Source: Methylobacter sp.
GTDB lineage: Bacteria > Pseudomonadota > Gammaproteobacteria > Methylococcales > Methylomonadaceae
Direction: 5' to 3'
Assembly (NCBI GenBank): GCA_036560465.1
Contig: DATBRD010000054.1
Location: forward strand, 3,261-67,260
Length of the DNA stretch: 64,000 nucleotides
Shown here: positions 1 through 9,596 of the stretch, one piece after another
How positions within the stretch are numbered: position 1 is the stretch's first letter
Layout: every line of letters starts with the position of its first letter
Notes under the pieces: model-generated
Databases searched by the model: none
What the model saw: only the letters and a program-made list of their open reading frames with translations
Told to the model about the DNA's origin: nothing
Translations under genes and position numbers: made by a program

Positions 1-233
1 GGCCGGAAGAGATTTATGTGATCCGCACGGGCGAGATGCAGCCGGAGATTTTCCAGTTGAATGCGGAATCGCCGGACGCGCTGATTCTTGCGGACCAGTT
101 TCCGTTGCAAGCGCATGATACCGTGTTCGTGGGTACCGCAGGGGTGACTCAATGGTCCCGAGTTATGAACCAAATCTTGCCAGGATCCTTTACATCAATG
201 ATGGGGCAAGCCGCTATGATGGGCGGAATTTAA
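1..233 (+). CDS. wza: Polysaccharide export outer-membrane protein (Wza family), 3' end only
   Basis: The frame is open to the window edge. It ends in the Wza-like ...DTVFVGTAGVTQWSRVMNQILP amphipathic helix and lies directly upstream of wzc. Confidence 0.85.
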   Translation, partial: PEEIYVIRTGEMQPEIFQLNAESPDALILADQFPLQAHDTVFVGTAGVTQWSRVMNQILPGSFTSMMGQAAMMGGI

Positions 234-264
234 TGATGTTTCAAGACTCGGGTTTTCTTTTTTC

Positions 265-2676
265 ATGACTGGGATATTAAAGACTATGTATTCACAAAAT
301 GAAGCTACTTTACAGTTACCGCCGCTGAATCCGTCACGGATCGAAGAGCAGGGCGTCAGTATCCGCGACTATGTCGATCTGCTGATCGAAGGCAAAAAGA
401 TAATCCTGATGGCGTTGTTGTCGGTTTTACTGATAGCTGTGGTCTACTTGGTGTTTGCCCCGCGCACTTACAAGGCTGACGCGTTGCTGCGGATCGATAA
501 GAACAAGGCGCTGCTGGCTGCTCCGCTCCGTAGCGAAGCGAACAAAGCCTCGACTGAAGCCGATAGTCCACGGGCGCAGCGTGAGGTGGAAATCCTCCGC
601 TCTCGTTCGGTGCTCGGCAAGGTTGTCGATGATTTGAACCTGATGGTGGAATATACACCGTACTATTTTCCCATTATCGGAGAAGCCTTGGCGCGTAGGC
701 ATGATGCCCATGACGGAGTTGCCGACGCATGGTGGGGATTCAGTCGCTGGGCCTGGGGCGGCGAAAAGTTGAAGATTGCCAGCTTCAATGTGCCGGATCG
801 TTATCTGGGCAAGCCGTTTACGCTGATTGCGCTGGAACAAGGCCGTTTTCGCCTGCTCGGTCCCAAGGATGAAACTTTGGCCGAAGGGCAGATAGGCGAT
901 ACGCTGACAGCCGACTTGGGTGAGGCTACACCTGTTGTTATCAAGATCACCGAATTCGAGGCCCATCCCGGCACGCATTTCGAGATGACCCGGAAAACCT
1001 CGCTAGCAGCCATCGAAACTTTGCAAAAGGCTTTTTCCGTCAAGGAAGTTTCCAAGGATACGGATATTCTCAGCGTCGAACTTAAGGGTCGAAATCCGGA
1101 GCAACTTGCCAAATCCGTCAACGACATCGCCACTATTTATGTCAACGCGACCGTCAATTGGGAATCTGCGGAAGCCTCGCAAAAGCTGGGTTTTTTGGAA
1201 AGCCAGCTGCCGGTGGTCAAGGAACGCCTGGAAAAAGCGGAGCAGGGCTTGAGCGCCTACAGGCAACAGCATGGCGCAGTTGATATATCCGCCGAGGCCG
1301 AGATACTGCTCAAACAGGCCTCCGAAATGGAGACATTAGGCATTCAACTCAAGCAAAAGTATGAAGAACAGAACCAGCACCTGGAGGCCGCACACCCCGA
1401 TATGGTCGCTACCAAGGCGCAAATCAAACGTATCGATCAGAAGCTGGCGAATTTGGATAAGCGGATTAAGGATTTGCCGCGTACTCAGCAGAACGTCGTA
1501 AGCCTGTCGCGGGATGTGCAAGTCAACACCGAGCTTTACACCTCGCTGCTGAACAGCGCTCAGGAACAGCGCATTGCTGCGGCAGGTTCCTTGGGTAACT
1601 CTCGCATTGTCGACTTTGCGGTAACTCCGGAAAAACCGTATTGGCCGAAGCCCGGCCTGTTGTTAGCCATTGCCACCTTGCTGGGCTTGACCGCGGGATC
1701 GGCTATCGTGTTTCTAAGGCACTCCTTGCAGCGCCATGATAACTATCCGGCCATGCTGGAATATCAGGTGGGCTTGCCGCTTTTTGCCGCGATTCCGCAC
1801 AGCAAAAAGCAGCGTAAGCTGGCTCGCTTGATCGATCAGGGCAAAGACCGTGAACCCGGCATTCTGGTCAGCCAGGATCCGCTCGATATTTCCGTGGAAT
1901 CGTTGCGGGGTCTTCGTACCACGCTGGAAGCGACGCTAGCCAGCGATGCGAGCAAAGTCATCATGGTCAGCAGCCCAGCACCAAGCATGGGCAAATCCTT
2001 TGTCAGCACTAATCTTTCCGCATTGTTGGCCAGCATCAAGAAACGCGTGCTGATCATCGACGCCGACATGCGAAACGGCCGTCTGCACGAAACGTTTTCC
2101 GTCGACAAGGAACCGGGGCTTTCCGACCTGCTGTCAGGCAGGGCCACACTCGGCGAGGTAATCATCAGCCTGCCGGATGTGGGCGTGGATCTGATACCGC
2201 GTGGAAGCATGGTGCTGAATCCTGCGGAATTGCTGGTAATCGGCAATCTGGAAGAAACGCTTGAGCAGCTGAAGAGTTTTTATAACCATATCGTGATTGA
2301 TTCGCCGCCGATTTTGGGCGCCACCGACGCTGCCATTATGGGCAAGTATGCCGATGCCACGTTTCTGGTCGTCAAGGAAGGACGTTACACGGCGCAGGAA
2401 TTGGAAGTCAGCTTCAGGCGTTTCCTGCAGGTCGGCATTAAACCGAATGGCTTCATTATCAACGATATGAAAGAGGGCTCATCGTATTACCCCTATTACG
2501 GCTACGCCTACCACCGTACCGACATGGATGACAAGAATTCGTCGGTGTTTACGGCCGGGTATCAGGCGATCGGCGATTGGCTGGGAAAACGTCAAGATCC
2601 TGATTTAGAACGCCAGGACCCTGATTTTCTTATAGACTCCTATCCCGACGAAGACACGGACGGTAAGGCGGCATAG
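265..2676 (+). CDS. wzc: Polysaccharide co-polymerase / BY-kinase (Wzc family)
   Basis: Two TM segments flank a coiled-coil periplasmic domain. It has Walker A (SSPAPSMGKS), IIDAD and IVIDSPP motifs and a C-terminal Tyr cluster (SSYYPYYGYAY). Confidence 0.95.
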   Translation: MTGILKTMYSQNEATLQLPPLNPSRIEEQGVSIRDYVDLLIEGKKIILMALLSVLLIAVVYLVFAPRTYKADALLRIDKNKALLAAPLRSEANKASTEADSPRAQREVEILRSRSVLGKVVDDLNLMVEYTPYYFPIIGEALARRHDAHDGVADAWWGFSRWAWGGEKLKIASFNVPDRYLGKPFTLIALEQGRFRLLGPKDETLAEGQIGDTLTADLGEATPVVIKITEFEAHPGTHFEMTRKTSLAAIETLQKAFSVKEVSKDTDILSVELKGRNPEQLAKSVNDIATIYVNATVNWESAEASQKLGFLESQLPVVKERLEKAEQGLSAYRQQHGAVDISAEAEILLKQASEMETLGIQLKQKYEEQNQHLEAAHPDMVATKAQIKRIDQKLANLDKRIKDLPRTQQNVVSLSRDVQVNTELYTSLLNSAQEQRIAAAGSLGNSRIVDFAVTPEKPYWPKPGLLLAIATLLGLTAGSAIVFLRHSLQRHDNYPAMLEYQVGLPLFAAIPHSKKQRKLARLIDQGKDREPGILVSQDPLDISVESLRGLRTTLEATLASDASKVIMVSSPAPSMGKSFVSTNLSALLASIKKRVLIIDADMRNGRLHETFSVDKEPGLSDLLSGRATLGEVIISLPDVGVDLIPRGSMVLNPAELLVIGNLEETLEQLKSFYNHIVIDSPPILGATDAAIMGKYADATFLVVKEGRYTAQELEVSFRRFLQVGIKPNGFIINDMKEGSSYYPYYGYAYHRTDMDDKNSSVFTAGYQAIGDWLGKRQDPDLERQDPDFLIDSYPDEDTDGKAA

Positions 2677-2677
2677 C

Positions 2678-3916
2678 ATGAGAATCCGCTTCGAAAAAGA
2701 CTTGCCGTTTCTGTTGTTCGCGCTGGTCAGTGCGTCGACAGTGGCTGCCTTGCCCCAGGTCGAGTCGGCCTGGACAGGCGTGAAGGAGGTCTACGGCGAG
2801 CAGGATTTCGGGTTGCGTATTCTTCGTGAGTTGATGTTGCTGGTGCTGGTGGCTTACGCGTTTCTTGAACCGCGCTTGCGGCGCGGGGCATTGTCCAGCA
2901 CGGTACTGGCTTTTCTAGGCGTTATTGCCAGCTATGTGCTGTTTGAGGTTGGCTATGCGCTGTATCTGGATTTGCCGATAGTGGTGCCGATGGCGGGGCT
3001 GCGCGTTTTCGAATACCTGCCGCTGGCATTGATCGGATTCGTGACCAGCCGCTTGGGTACGGGCGGCTATATTATCAATCGCTTTGCGCATTTTCTGCGC
3101 TATTACATTGCCCTGCAGGCGGTGCTGGCGATAGCCCAGGCTTTATGGGCGCCGCCGTTGTTCGGGGTGTCGTTCTTCGGCGGCGGTCGGCCGTTCGGCA
3201 CTTTTGTCAGTCCGAACCTATTTGGCGCGACTATGGCGACTTGCGCGCTGCTGTTCTCGCTGGTGCCGGCGATGGGTAAGTGGGTGGCCGTCAGTGTATT
3301 TTTGGCGCTGCTGAGCGGCTCTCGGACTGCATTCATCAGCTCGTTGCTGGTAGTTTACTTTCAGATTTATGCGGTGCTCCGTCCACGCGATCGCTGGGCG
3401 TTGGTCATGCCGGCGCCGATCCTTGCGGTGGGCGCGCTGGTGCTGGCATCCAGCCCATTGCTCAGCGGACGGGATGACGCTGATCCAACCCAGGACGGCC
3501 GTATCGACCTGTGGCAGCGGGTGTTTTCAGAGCAGATGCATGGGCCTGCGGACTTGCTGTTCGGCTGGGGACTGGGGCTGAGTTCCAACACCATCAATGT
3601 TCTGTATGGTGCCGAACATTTTAAGGGGCAATTCGATTCCGACAGTCTTTATTTGTTCCTGCTGAACGGTTACGGATTGATTGGCCTGTTGGCGTATTTA
3701 TTCTTTTTATGGACAACGACAAGGACGTCTGTCCACCCCAATAAGGGAATGGTGGTGATGTTCATCCTGGTTGCCGGGCTGACATTCAACATGTGGGAAT
3801 ATTTTCCGCAAAACGCGATTCTGATGTATCTATGGGGAATGGTATTGGGTACCGGGTACCGGTCGGTTTCGTCTCCGTTACAGGCTGAAGGAATGTTCAG
3901 ACCTTCCAGGTTTTGA
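2678..3916 (+). CDS. Probable Wzy-like polysaccharide polymerase / O-antigen ligase family membrane protein
   Basis: 412 aa polytopic membrane protein with RPFGTF..PN, SGSRTAF and DSLYL motifs, located between wzc and the flippase. Confidence 0.7.
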   Translation: MRIRFEKDLPFLLFALVSASTVAALPQVESAWTGVKEVYGEQDFGLRILRELMLLVLVAYAFLEPRLRRGALSSTVLAFLGVIASYVLFEVGYALYLDLPIVVPMAGLRVFEYLPLALIGFVTSRLGTGGYIINRFAHFLRYYIALQAVLAIAQALWAPPLFGVSFFGGGRPFGTFVSPNLFGATMATCALLFSLVPAMGKWVAVSVFLALLSGSRTAFISSLLVVYFQIYAVLRPRDRWALVMPAPILAVGALVLASSPLLSGRDDADPTQDGRIDLWQRVFSEQMHGPADLLFGWGLGLSSNTINVLYGAEHFKGQFDSDSLYLFLLNGYGLIGLLAYLFFLWTTTRTSVHPNKGMVVMFILVAGLTFNMWEYFPQNAILMYLWGMVLGTGYRSVSSPLQAEGMFRPSRF

Positions 3917-3952
3917 AAACCTGGAAGGTTTAGGTTACTAATTGAGGCGCTT

Positions 3953-5272
3953 ATGTCCGGACTATTAAAAGAAAGACGATTATTTGGTGACGCGGTTTGG
4001 GCGCTGTTTGGACAAGCGATGTCCGCCTGTGCTTTGTTGGCAGGCACTCGCGTCCTCACCGAGTTGGTAACGCCCGATATCTACGGGCAAGTCGCTTTGT
4101 TGAATGGCTTTGTGGCGCTGGGCGTTACGCTGTTTTCTTATCCTTTTATTTGTGCCGGTATGAGGATATTGCCGGAGTGCATGAATAAAGGGGAACGCGC
4201 AGCTTTATATGGCGTTGTGTCGAGACTAACGACCCGGGCAACGGCGGTGGCGACAGCTTTGTTGGTGCTGGGCGGTGCTGCCTACAGCTATTTTTCGCAC
4301 AGCGATGTCTGGCTGTTTATGCTGGCTAGCCTGCTGTTGATAGTCACCGTCCGGCGCGAGCTGGGCATTCAGTTGCTGATCGGTGATCGCAAACAGCGCG
4401 GCGCGAGTCTGTGGCAGACCAGCGACAGCATTCTGCGCCCAGTGCTGGCGATCTCGCTGGTCTTATGGGGCGGTCAAAAGGCCGAGTGGGTATTGCTGGG
4501 TTATATCGCGGCAAGCGTGGTTTCGAATACGGTCTGGTCGTTAGTGCTGGGCGCTAAGCCCGACAAAAACAAGCGCTCCATCATGACCCGCAATTTCAGG
4601 GCCGATGTGTGGGCCTATGCCTTGCCGTTGATTCCGATGGAATTGATATTTTGGGTTAACGGCTTGGGCGACCGGTATGTGATCGGTTATTTGATGACGG
4701 CTGCGGAAGTGGGTTTATATGCAGCGACTTACACGATCATCAACGAAGCGTTTAACCGCAGCGCCATGATTTTATTGCGCACCTTCCAGCCGGTTTATTT
4801 TCAGGCTTATTCTGAAAACCGGGCCAGCGAAGGATTCAGGGTTTTATGGATATGGATAGGATGCGTTATTGCTTTAGGGATTATCGGTGTGTCGTTATTG
4901 CTGGTTACCAAGGATTGGGTGGCAGCGATGGTGCTTGCAAAATCCTATCATTCGGCGGTTGAGTTGATGCCTGCCATCGCTGTCGGCTGTGCGCTGCATG
5001 CCTTGGGAACCGTAGTGGCTCAACCGTTGCTGGCTAATAAACGCACACGGGTGATGTTGTTGGGGCGCATTTGCGGGGCGCTGGCTGCGGCGATCAGCAT
5101 CCCAGTGATGGTAAATAATTATGGCTTGCTCGGCGCTGCCATGGCTAATCCCATTTATTTCGGCGTCGAGGCGCTGGTTTTGGCGATGTTGGCCAAGCCC
5201 TGGCGGAGTGTCGGCACAGTTCATGACGGACAGTTGGAACAGGAAAACTCAGGCTGCGAGGCTACGGTTTGA
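3953..5272 (+). CDS. Wzx-type oligosaccharide flippase
   Basis: Many TM segments, with the TP.IYGQ, GLGDRYVIGY and EVGLYAATY motifs typical of Wzx/MOP flippases. Confidence 0.85.
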   Translation: MSGLLKERRLFGDAVWALFGQAMSACALLAGTRVLTELVTPDIYGQVALLNGFVALGVTLFSYPFICAGMRILPECMNKGERAALYGVVSRLTTRATAVATALLVLGGAAYSYFSHSDVWLFMLASLLLIVTVRRELGIQLLIGDRKQRGASLWQTSDSILRPVLAISLVLWGGQKAEWVLLGYIAASVVSNTVWSLVLGAKPDKNKRSIMTRNFRADVWAYALPLIPMELIFWVNGLGDRYVIGYLMTAAEVGLYAATYTIINEAFNRSAMILLRTFQPVYFQAYSENRASEGFRVLWIWIGCVIALGIIGVSLLLVTKDWVAAMVLAKSYHSAVELMPAIAVGCALHALGTVVAQPLLANKRTRVMLLGRICGALAAAISIPVMVNNYGLLGAAMANPIYFGVEALVLAMLAKPWRSVGTVHDGQLEQENSGCEATV

Positions 5273-5353
5273 GCATCTTGCGGCAACGATACGCTTGTCG
5301 TTAAGTGGCAATTGTTTAACAGGTTATAAAAAGAGAAATATAAGGAGAATACT

Positions 5354-6298
5354 ATGACGCATGCATCAACAGCTTCAGGAATCTATGGCGATATCTTGCG
5401 CGAATGTGTCGCCTGTAGAGCCGAGAAAATAAGATACTGGCGGCAGAAAAACTTCCACTATACCGAGAACGCCAGCAACAAGGAGTTCCATATATACCGT
5501 TGCGAAAAATGTGGAACCGGATTCTTAAACCGGCCGCCGCATGTGAAATGGCTGCAATCGATTTATCAATACTCAGGCCAGGCGCTGACCCAGTCGATAA
5601 CGCTGGAGGATGTGCTGGCTAGAGAGGAAGAGTTTCCAAACTGTACGGTGGACGCCGAGCGCATGAGCCGGCAAGCCCATCTGATCAATAATTCGGGCAA
5701 TGATCGGGCTCTTGATATTGGCTCGGGCTTTGGTTTTTACACGCAGGCACTCAGGAAAGCGGGCTATCGGACAGTCAGCATCAATCCCGGTAAATATGAA
5801 AACGAAGTGTTCAAAAACCTGAATGGCGATGAACCTATTGATGTGATGTTTGAAAATTACGATTCCTCGGAGCCGTTTGGCGTAGTGATGATGTCGCAGG
5901 TACTGGAGCATCTGCTCGAACCGGATAACGCGATCGGCAAGGTCGCGGATCTGTTGGCGTCGGGCGGCGTTTTGGCTTGCGCTGTGCCTAATTATGATTC
6001 ATTTTTAGTCAAGCTGCTGGGCACCAAGGACAACGCTTGCTTGTGGGTGCCGGAGCATGTCAATTATTTTACCGAGGACGGCTTAAAAGCCTTGATGGCA
6101 CGAAACGGCTTTAAGGTCGTTAAAGTGGAACAAATAACCCGGATCCCTTTCAACGCGTTATCCAAACGGCTGCGGCTGAAAGGAAGATCGGCTGCCGTTG
6201 TCGACGGTTGGGTCAAGTCTTTGCAAGCCCCGTTTGTCCGATTGATGCACCATTTTGGGTTGGGCATCTATATCAATTTATATGCGGTCAAGAAATAA
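5354..6298 (+). CDS. Class I SAM-dependent methyltransferase with N-terminal Cys4 zinc ribbon
   Basis: CVAC and CEKC pairs, ALDIGSGFG SAM motif, QVLEHL and HVNYFT motifs, and a strong RBS (AAGGAG) upstream. Confidence 0.85.
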   Translation: MTHASTASGIYGDILRECVACRAEKIRYWRQKNFHYTENASNKEFHIYRCEKCGTGFLNRPPHVKWLQSIYQYSGQALTQSITLEDVLAREEEFPNCTVDAERMSRQAHLINNSGNDRALDIGSGFGFYTQALRKAGYRTVSINPGKYENEVFKNLNGDEPIDVMFENYDSSEPFGVVMMSQVLEHLLEPDNAIGKVADLLASGGVLACAVPNYDSFLVKLLGTKDNACLWVPEHVNYFTEDGLKALMARNGFKVVKVEQITRIPFNALSKRLRLKGRSAAVVDGWVKSLQAPFVRLMHHFGLGIYINLYAVKK

Positions 6299-6308
6299 AA
6301 CGCGTTTT

Positions 6309-6495
6309 TTCACCATAGAGGACCCGAACGACTGCATGGATGCAGGAGGTAGAGCACCAACAGTAGGCGCTTTAGGCGACGCAGGAGCAGTTGCCGAGAT
6401 CACGAAGATTCTGTTGTGATAGATCGGATGGTACGAAACGTGTTGTTTTGATGACTATCAACACACTTCGTGTTCCCCGTGTTCTTCGTGGTGAA
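6309..6495. repeat. Composite intergenic inverted repeat whose left arm is interrupted by an inserted ~75 bp repeat
   Basis: The right arm CTTCGTGTTCCCCGTGTTCTTCGTGGTGAA (6466-6495) pairs with a split left arm, TTCACCATAGAGGAC (6309-6323) plus ATCACGAAG (6399-6407). CCGAACG...GTTGCCGAG lies between the two pieces. Confidence 0.7.
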
Positions 6496-6523
6496 TAATC
6501 ACTAATAAATTTAGACAAATCAT

Positions 6524-7306
6524 ATGCTAACTATCGTTATTTTAACCAAAAACGAGCAAACCAATCTGCCGAGCTGCCTGGCGGCTATTCCTGAGCGCTA
6601 TCCGATTGTGATTGTGGATTCAGGAAGCACCGATGATACGGTGGTCATCGCCATTAGCCGGGGTTGCAGAATTTATACCAATCCGTGGCCCGGCTTTGCC
6701 GAGCAGCGCAATTTTGCGATCAATCAGTGCGATATCCACACGCCCTGGATATTGTTCGTCGATGCTGACGAAATCTATCCGCAGGCATTCTACGATTGGT
6801 TTGAATCCGGGATGGCGGACGTCGAGGCAATTGATGTGCTGATGGTGCCGTCGACACTTTATCTTCGCGACAAACGCTTGAACTATGCTCCCGGTTATCC
6901 GATTTACCACCCAAGACTGGTGCGCAGGGAAACGACAAGCTTTGTCCGCAACCATACCGGGCACGGAGAAGCCGTCGTTGATACCTGCCGGATCGGGCAT
7001 TCAGATATTCCGTATGACCATTATTTCTATCATGGAGAGATCATCGAATGGATGCATAAACATGTCGGTAAAGCCGCGCAAGAGGTGCAGCTCCAGCCGA
7101 CAGCGGGGGCAGTAATGACCACAAGAGGACGTTTAAGCGTGTTATTGGGACGATCCTGGATAAGGGTTATTGCCCGTTTTTTATACCACTTCGTATTTCG
7201 GGGTGGTTTCTTGGACGGAGTTGCCGGGCTGGAGTTTGCATTGATGTTTACCTGGTATGAGGCAACCATCTATTTGCAGGCAAAAGCCGGCGCTCAGGCG
7301 AGGTGA
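6524..7306 (+). CDS. Glycosyltransferase family 2
   Basis: TIVILTKNE, IVDSGSTD, GFAEQRN and FVDADE (DxD) motifs. Confidence 0.92.
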   Translation: MLTIVILTKNEQTNLPSCLAAIPERYPIVIVDSGSTDDTVVIAISRGCRIYTNPWPGFAEQRNFAINQCDIHTPWILFVDADEIYPQAFYDWFESGMADVEAIDVLMVPSTLYLRDKRLNYAPGYPIYHPRLVRRETTSFVRNHTGHGEAVVDTCRIGHSDIPYDHYFYHGEIIEWMHKHVGKAAQEVQLQPTAGAVMTTRGRLSVLLGRSWIRVIARFLYHFVFRGGFLDGVAGLEFALMFTWYEATIYLQAKAGAQAR

Positions 7307-7311
7307 TTACT

Positions 7312-8166
7312 ATGAAAATTTCATTGGTGTTAGCAACGCTGGGAAGAGACTGGGAGTTGGCCGATTTCTTGAAGTCCCTGGTCAACCAAACCTATAAGGA
7401 CTTTGAATTGATTATCATCGACCAAAACAAGGACGGCAAGATCGACGCCATTGTCGAGCAGATCAGTAGCTGCTTGGATGTGAGGCATGTGAAAGTGGGT
7501 TTTACAGGTAATGCCAGGGCCAGAGATTACGGCATAGGCTTGGCTCAGGGCAGAATCGTCGCGTTTCCGGATGATGATTGCGCCTATGACAAGGATGTCC
7601 TGAAAAAAGTGGTCGCCGAGTTTAAACGGCGACCAAACCTTTCCATCCTGGTGGCCGGTTCTTATGATGCTTCAACCAGTCGCTTTAGCATCGGCGTAAA
7701 CAGTAACAAAGCAGGATATTTTTCACGCTTTCATATGATGGGGGTAGAGTTCACTCAGTTTTTCGATCGGAGAAAGATTGATAGCAAGCTCTTCCACCTG
7801 GATCATGATTTCGGGCTCGGTTCCAAGTATTCAGGGGGCGAGGGCTTTGAACTTTTGTATCGTCTGCTTCGGGCAGGCTGTGCTGCCTTTTATACCCCGG
7901 AAATAAGAATTTATCACCCGGATAAAGACCACTATAAGCTGGGTACCGGAAGAATGCTGATGTATTCCACCGGTGTTGGGGCTTACATGAGGAAATTCGC
8001 CAATCAGAAGGATGTATATATTCTGTACTACATCATTCGCAAGATGTTTGTCGTGCCGATCCTGAAAATGATGCTGGCACTGGTTTTATTGAACCCGAAA
8101 AGACTGGCTTATTCTTTTTACAACCTCGTCGGTGTTTGGCGTGGGTTTTTGGCGTATGGAAGGTAG
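7312..8166 (+). CDS. Glycosyltransferase family 2
   Basis: SLVLATLGR, IIIDQN and FPDDDC motifs. ATG 7312 follows GAGGTG; the alternative start is GTG 7303, overlapping the upstream stop. Confidence 0.9.
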   Translation: MKISLVLATLGRDWELADFLKSLVNQTYKDFELIIIDQNKDGKIDAIVEQISSCLDVRHVKVGFTGNARARDYGIGLAQGRIVAFPDDDCAYDKDVLKKVVAEFKRRPNLSILVAGSYDASTSRFSIGVNSNKAGYFSRFHMMGVEFTQFFDRRKIDSKLFHLDHDFGLGSKYSGGEGFELLYRLLRAGCAAFYTPEIRIYHPDKDHYKLGTGRMLMYSTGVGAYMRKFANQKDVYILYYIIRKMFVVPILKMMLALVLLNPKRLAYSFYNLVGVWRGFLAYGR

Positions 8167-8176
8167 GATGGGGTTC

Positions 8177-8331
8177 GAGACTGTGAAAGTATTATCCAGA
8201 TCAGACTGAAAGGATTATTCACCACAGAGAACACGGAGGACACGGAGGACACGGAGTCAATGTAATATAAAACTCCGTGCTCTCTGTGTTCTCTGTGGTG
8301 AGTCTCTTAAACAGAATACTCTCACAGTCTC
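8177..8331. mobile_element. Non-autonomous MITE-like element, copy 1 (155 bp)
   Basis: 17-bp terminal inverted repeats GAGACTGTGAAAGTATT / AATACTCTCACAGTCTC (1 mismatch), flanked by a direct GTTC duplication (8173-8176, 8332-8335). No ORF; internal hairpin at 8220-8300. Confidence 0.85.
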
Positions 8332-8396
8332 GTTCGCTGCCCCTCCACCACTCACCGTTTCAATTTATTTAGAGCATGTTTTACAGGAGAAATACT

Positions 8397-9596
8397 ATGA
8401 ATGCAGGTATTGTTACCACGCATATACCCCCGGCTAAGGGTTACGGCGGAGTGTCCGTGACAGCCAGCGTTTTGACCAAGGCTTGGGCGGAGCGGGGCCA
8501 TAAAATGGCGTTGGTTGCATCCGACGAGTCAATTGACGGCCGCTTGCGTCCCGAACAGGTGCTTCTTGGCGAACAGGTAGATGTCAGGCTGTACCGATGC
8601 TATGGATTCAGGCGCTGGGGCTTTGGTTTGGGCGCTATTCCGAAACTGTTTAAATTATGCCGAAAGGCGCCGGTGGTCTACATCCACGGCATCGCAACCT
8701 GGCCGTCTACCTTGGCGGCTGTTTTTTGCAGCCTGTTGCGCCGCCCGTTCATGGTGGCCGTGCATGGCGGCCTGATGCCTGAGCATGTCGATTTGATACG
8801 GCGGCAGAAACCGCATAAATGGCTGTTCTATAAATGGTTGACCTTTCCGACCTTGCGCCGTGCCATTGCCGTGCATTGCACCAGCGAGACCGAGGCCGAA
8901 GGCGTATACAGTGTGCTCGGCAAAGATGCCCGCATATTGCTGGTTCCGAACGGTATAGACAGCCGCGAATTCAAGGTAGCCCAATATCCCGAAGGGGAAG
9001 GCATGAAGCTTTGCTTTCTGGGACATATTCAACAGGAAAAAGGCATCAACGCGTTTATCCGGGCTTGGTTGAAAGTCCGCAATCCTGAGGATCGTCTGGT
9101 TATCGCCGGCAGAAGTGTGGATGGCGATTATTTTGAAGAGTTTCAGGCGCTGGTCGAACAGGCTCAAGGTGCCATCAGTTATAGCGGCTACCTGGAGCGC
9201 AGCGAAGTGATGGACTTGCTGGCGTCCAGCCATTTTCTGGTGTTGCCTTCGGGATTGGAGGAAGCCGGAGGCATGCGCGAAAACTTCGGCAATGTAGTGG
9301 CTGAAGCCATGGCCTCAGGACGCCCTGTGCTGGTCGCCAAAGGTTTGGCATGGGACCATCTGGAATCGTTTAGAGCCGGTTTTGTTTTCGAGAGAACCGA
9401 AGCGTCGGTATGCGAAGCGCTGCGTAAGGCGCAAGCTTTGGAGCGCTGGGAGTGGGAACGGATGTCGTTCAATGGCCGGCAGTATGTTGAACAGCAGCTC
9501 GATCCGGTCAAGCTTGGCGAGCGGGTCTGGCAGGTGTTGAAAAAATTCGACCGGACTAATTTGCCGCAGTCGCTGGCCAAGAGAGTTTCGTTATGA
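8397..9596 (+). CDS. Glycosyltransferase family 4 (GT-B)
   Basis: GYGGV, VHGGL, LVPNGID and ENFGNVVAEAMASGRPV motifs. Start placed at the ATG after AGGAG (8385-8389). Confidence 0.92.
   Translation: MNAGIVTTHIPPAKGYGGVSVTASVLTKAWAERGHKMALVASDESIDGRLRPEQVLLGEQVDVRLYRCYGFRRWGFGLGAIPKLFKLCRKAPVVYIHGIATWPSTLAAVFCSLLRRPFMVAVHGGLMPEHVDLIRRQKPHKWLFYKWLTFPTLRRAIAVHCTSETEAEGVYSVLGKDARILLVPNGIDSREFKVAQYPEGEGMKLCFLGHIQQEKGINAFIRAWLKVRNPEDRLVIAGRSVDGDYFEEFQALVEQAQGAISYSGYLERSEVMDLLASSHFLVLPSGLEEAGGMRENFGNVVAEAMASGRPVLVAKGLAWDHLESFRAGFVFERTEASVCEALRKAQALERWEWERMSFNGRQYVEQQLDPVKLGERVWQVLKKFDRTNLPQSLAKRVSL

Noticed and set aside
8172-8180. GGTTCGA resembling a tRNA T-loop
   Set aside because: It arises from the GTTC duplication plus the MITE end; no cloverleaf or CCA is present.
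8220-8300. 9-bp periodic units as a possible CRISPR or mini-array
   Set aside because: The units are contiguous with no spacers, form inverted arms, and no cas genes are present.
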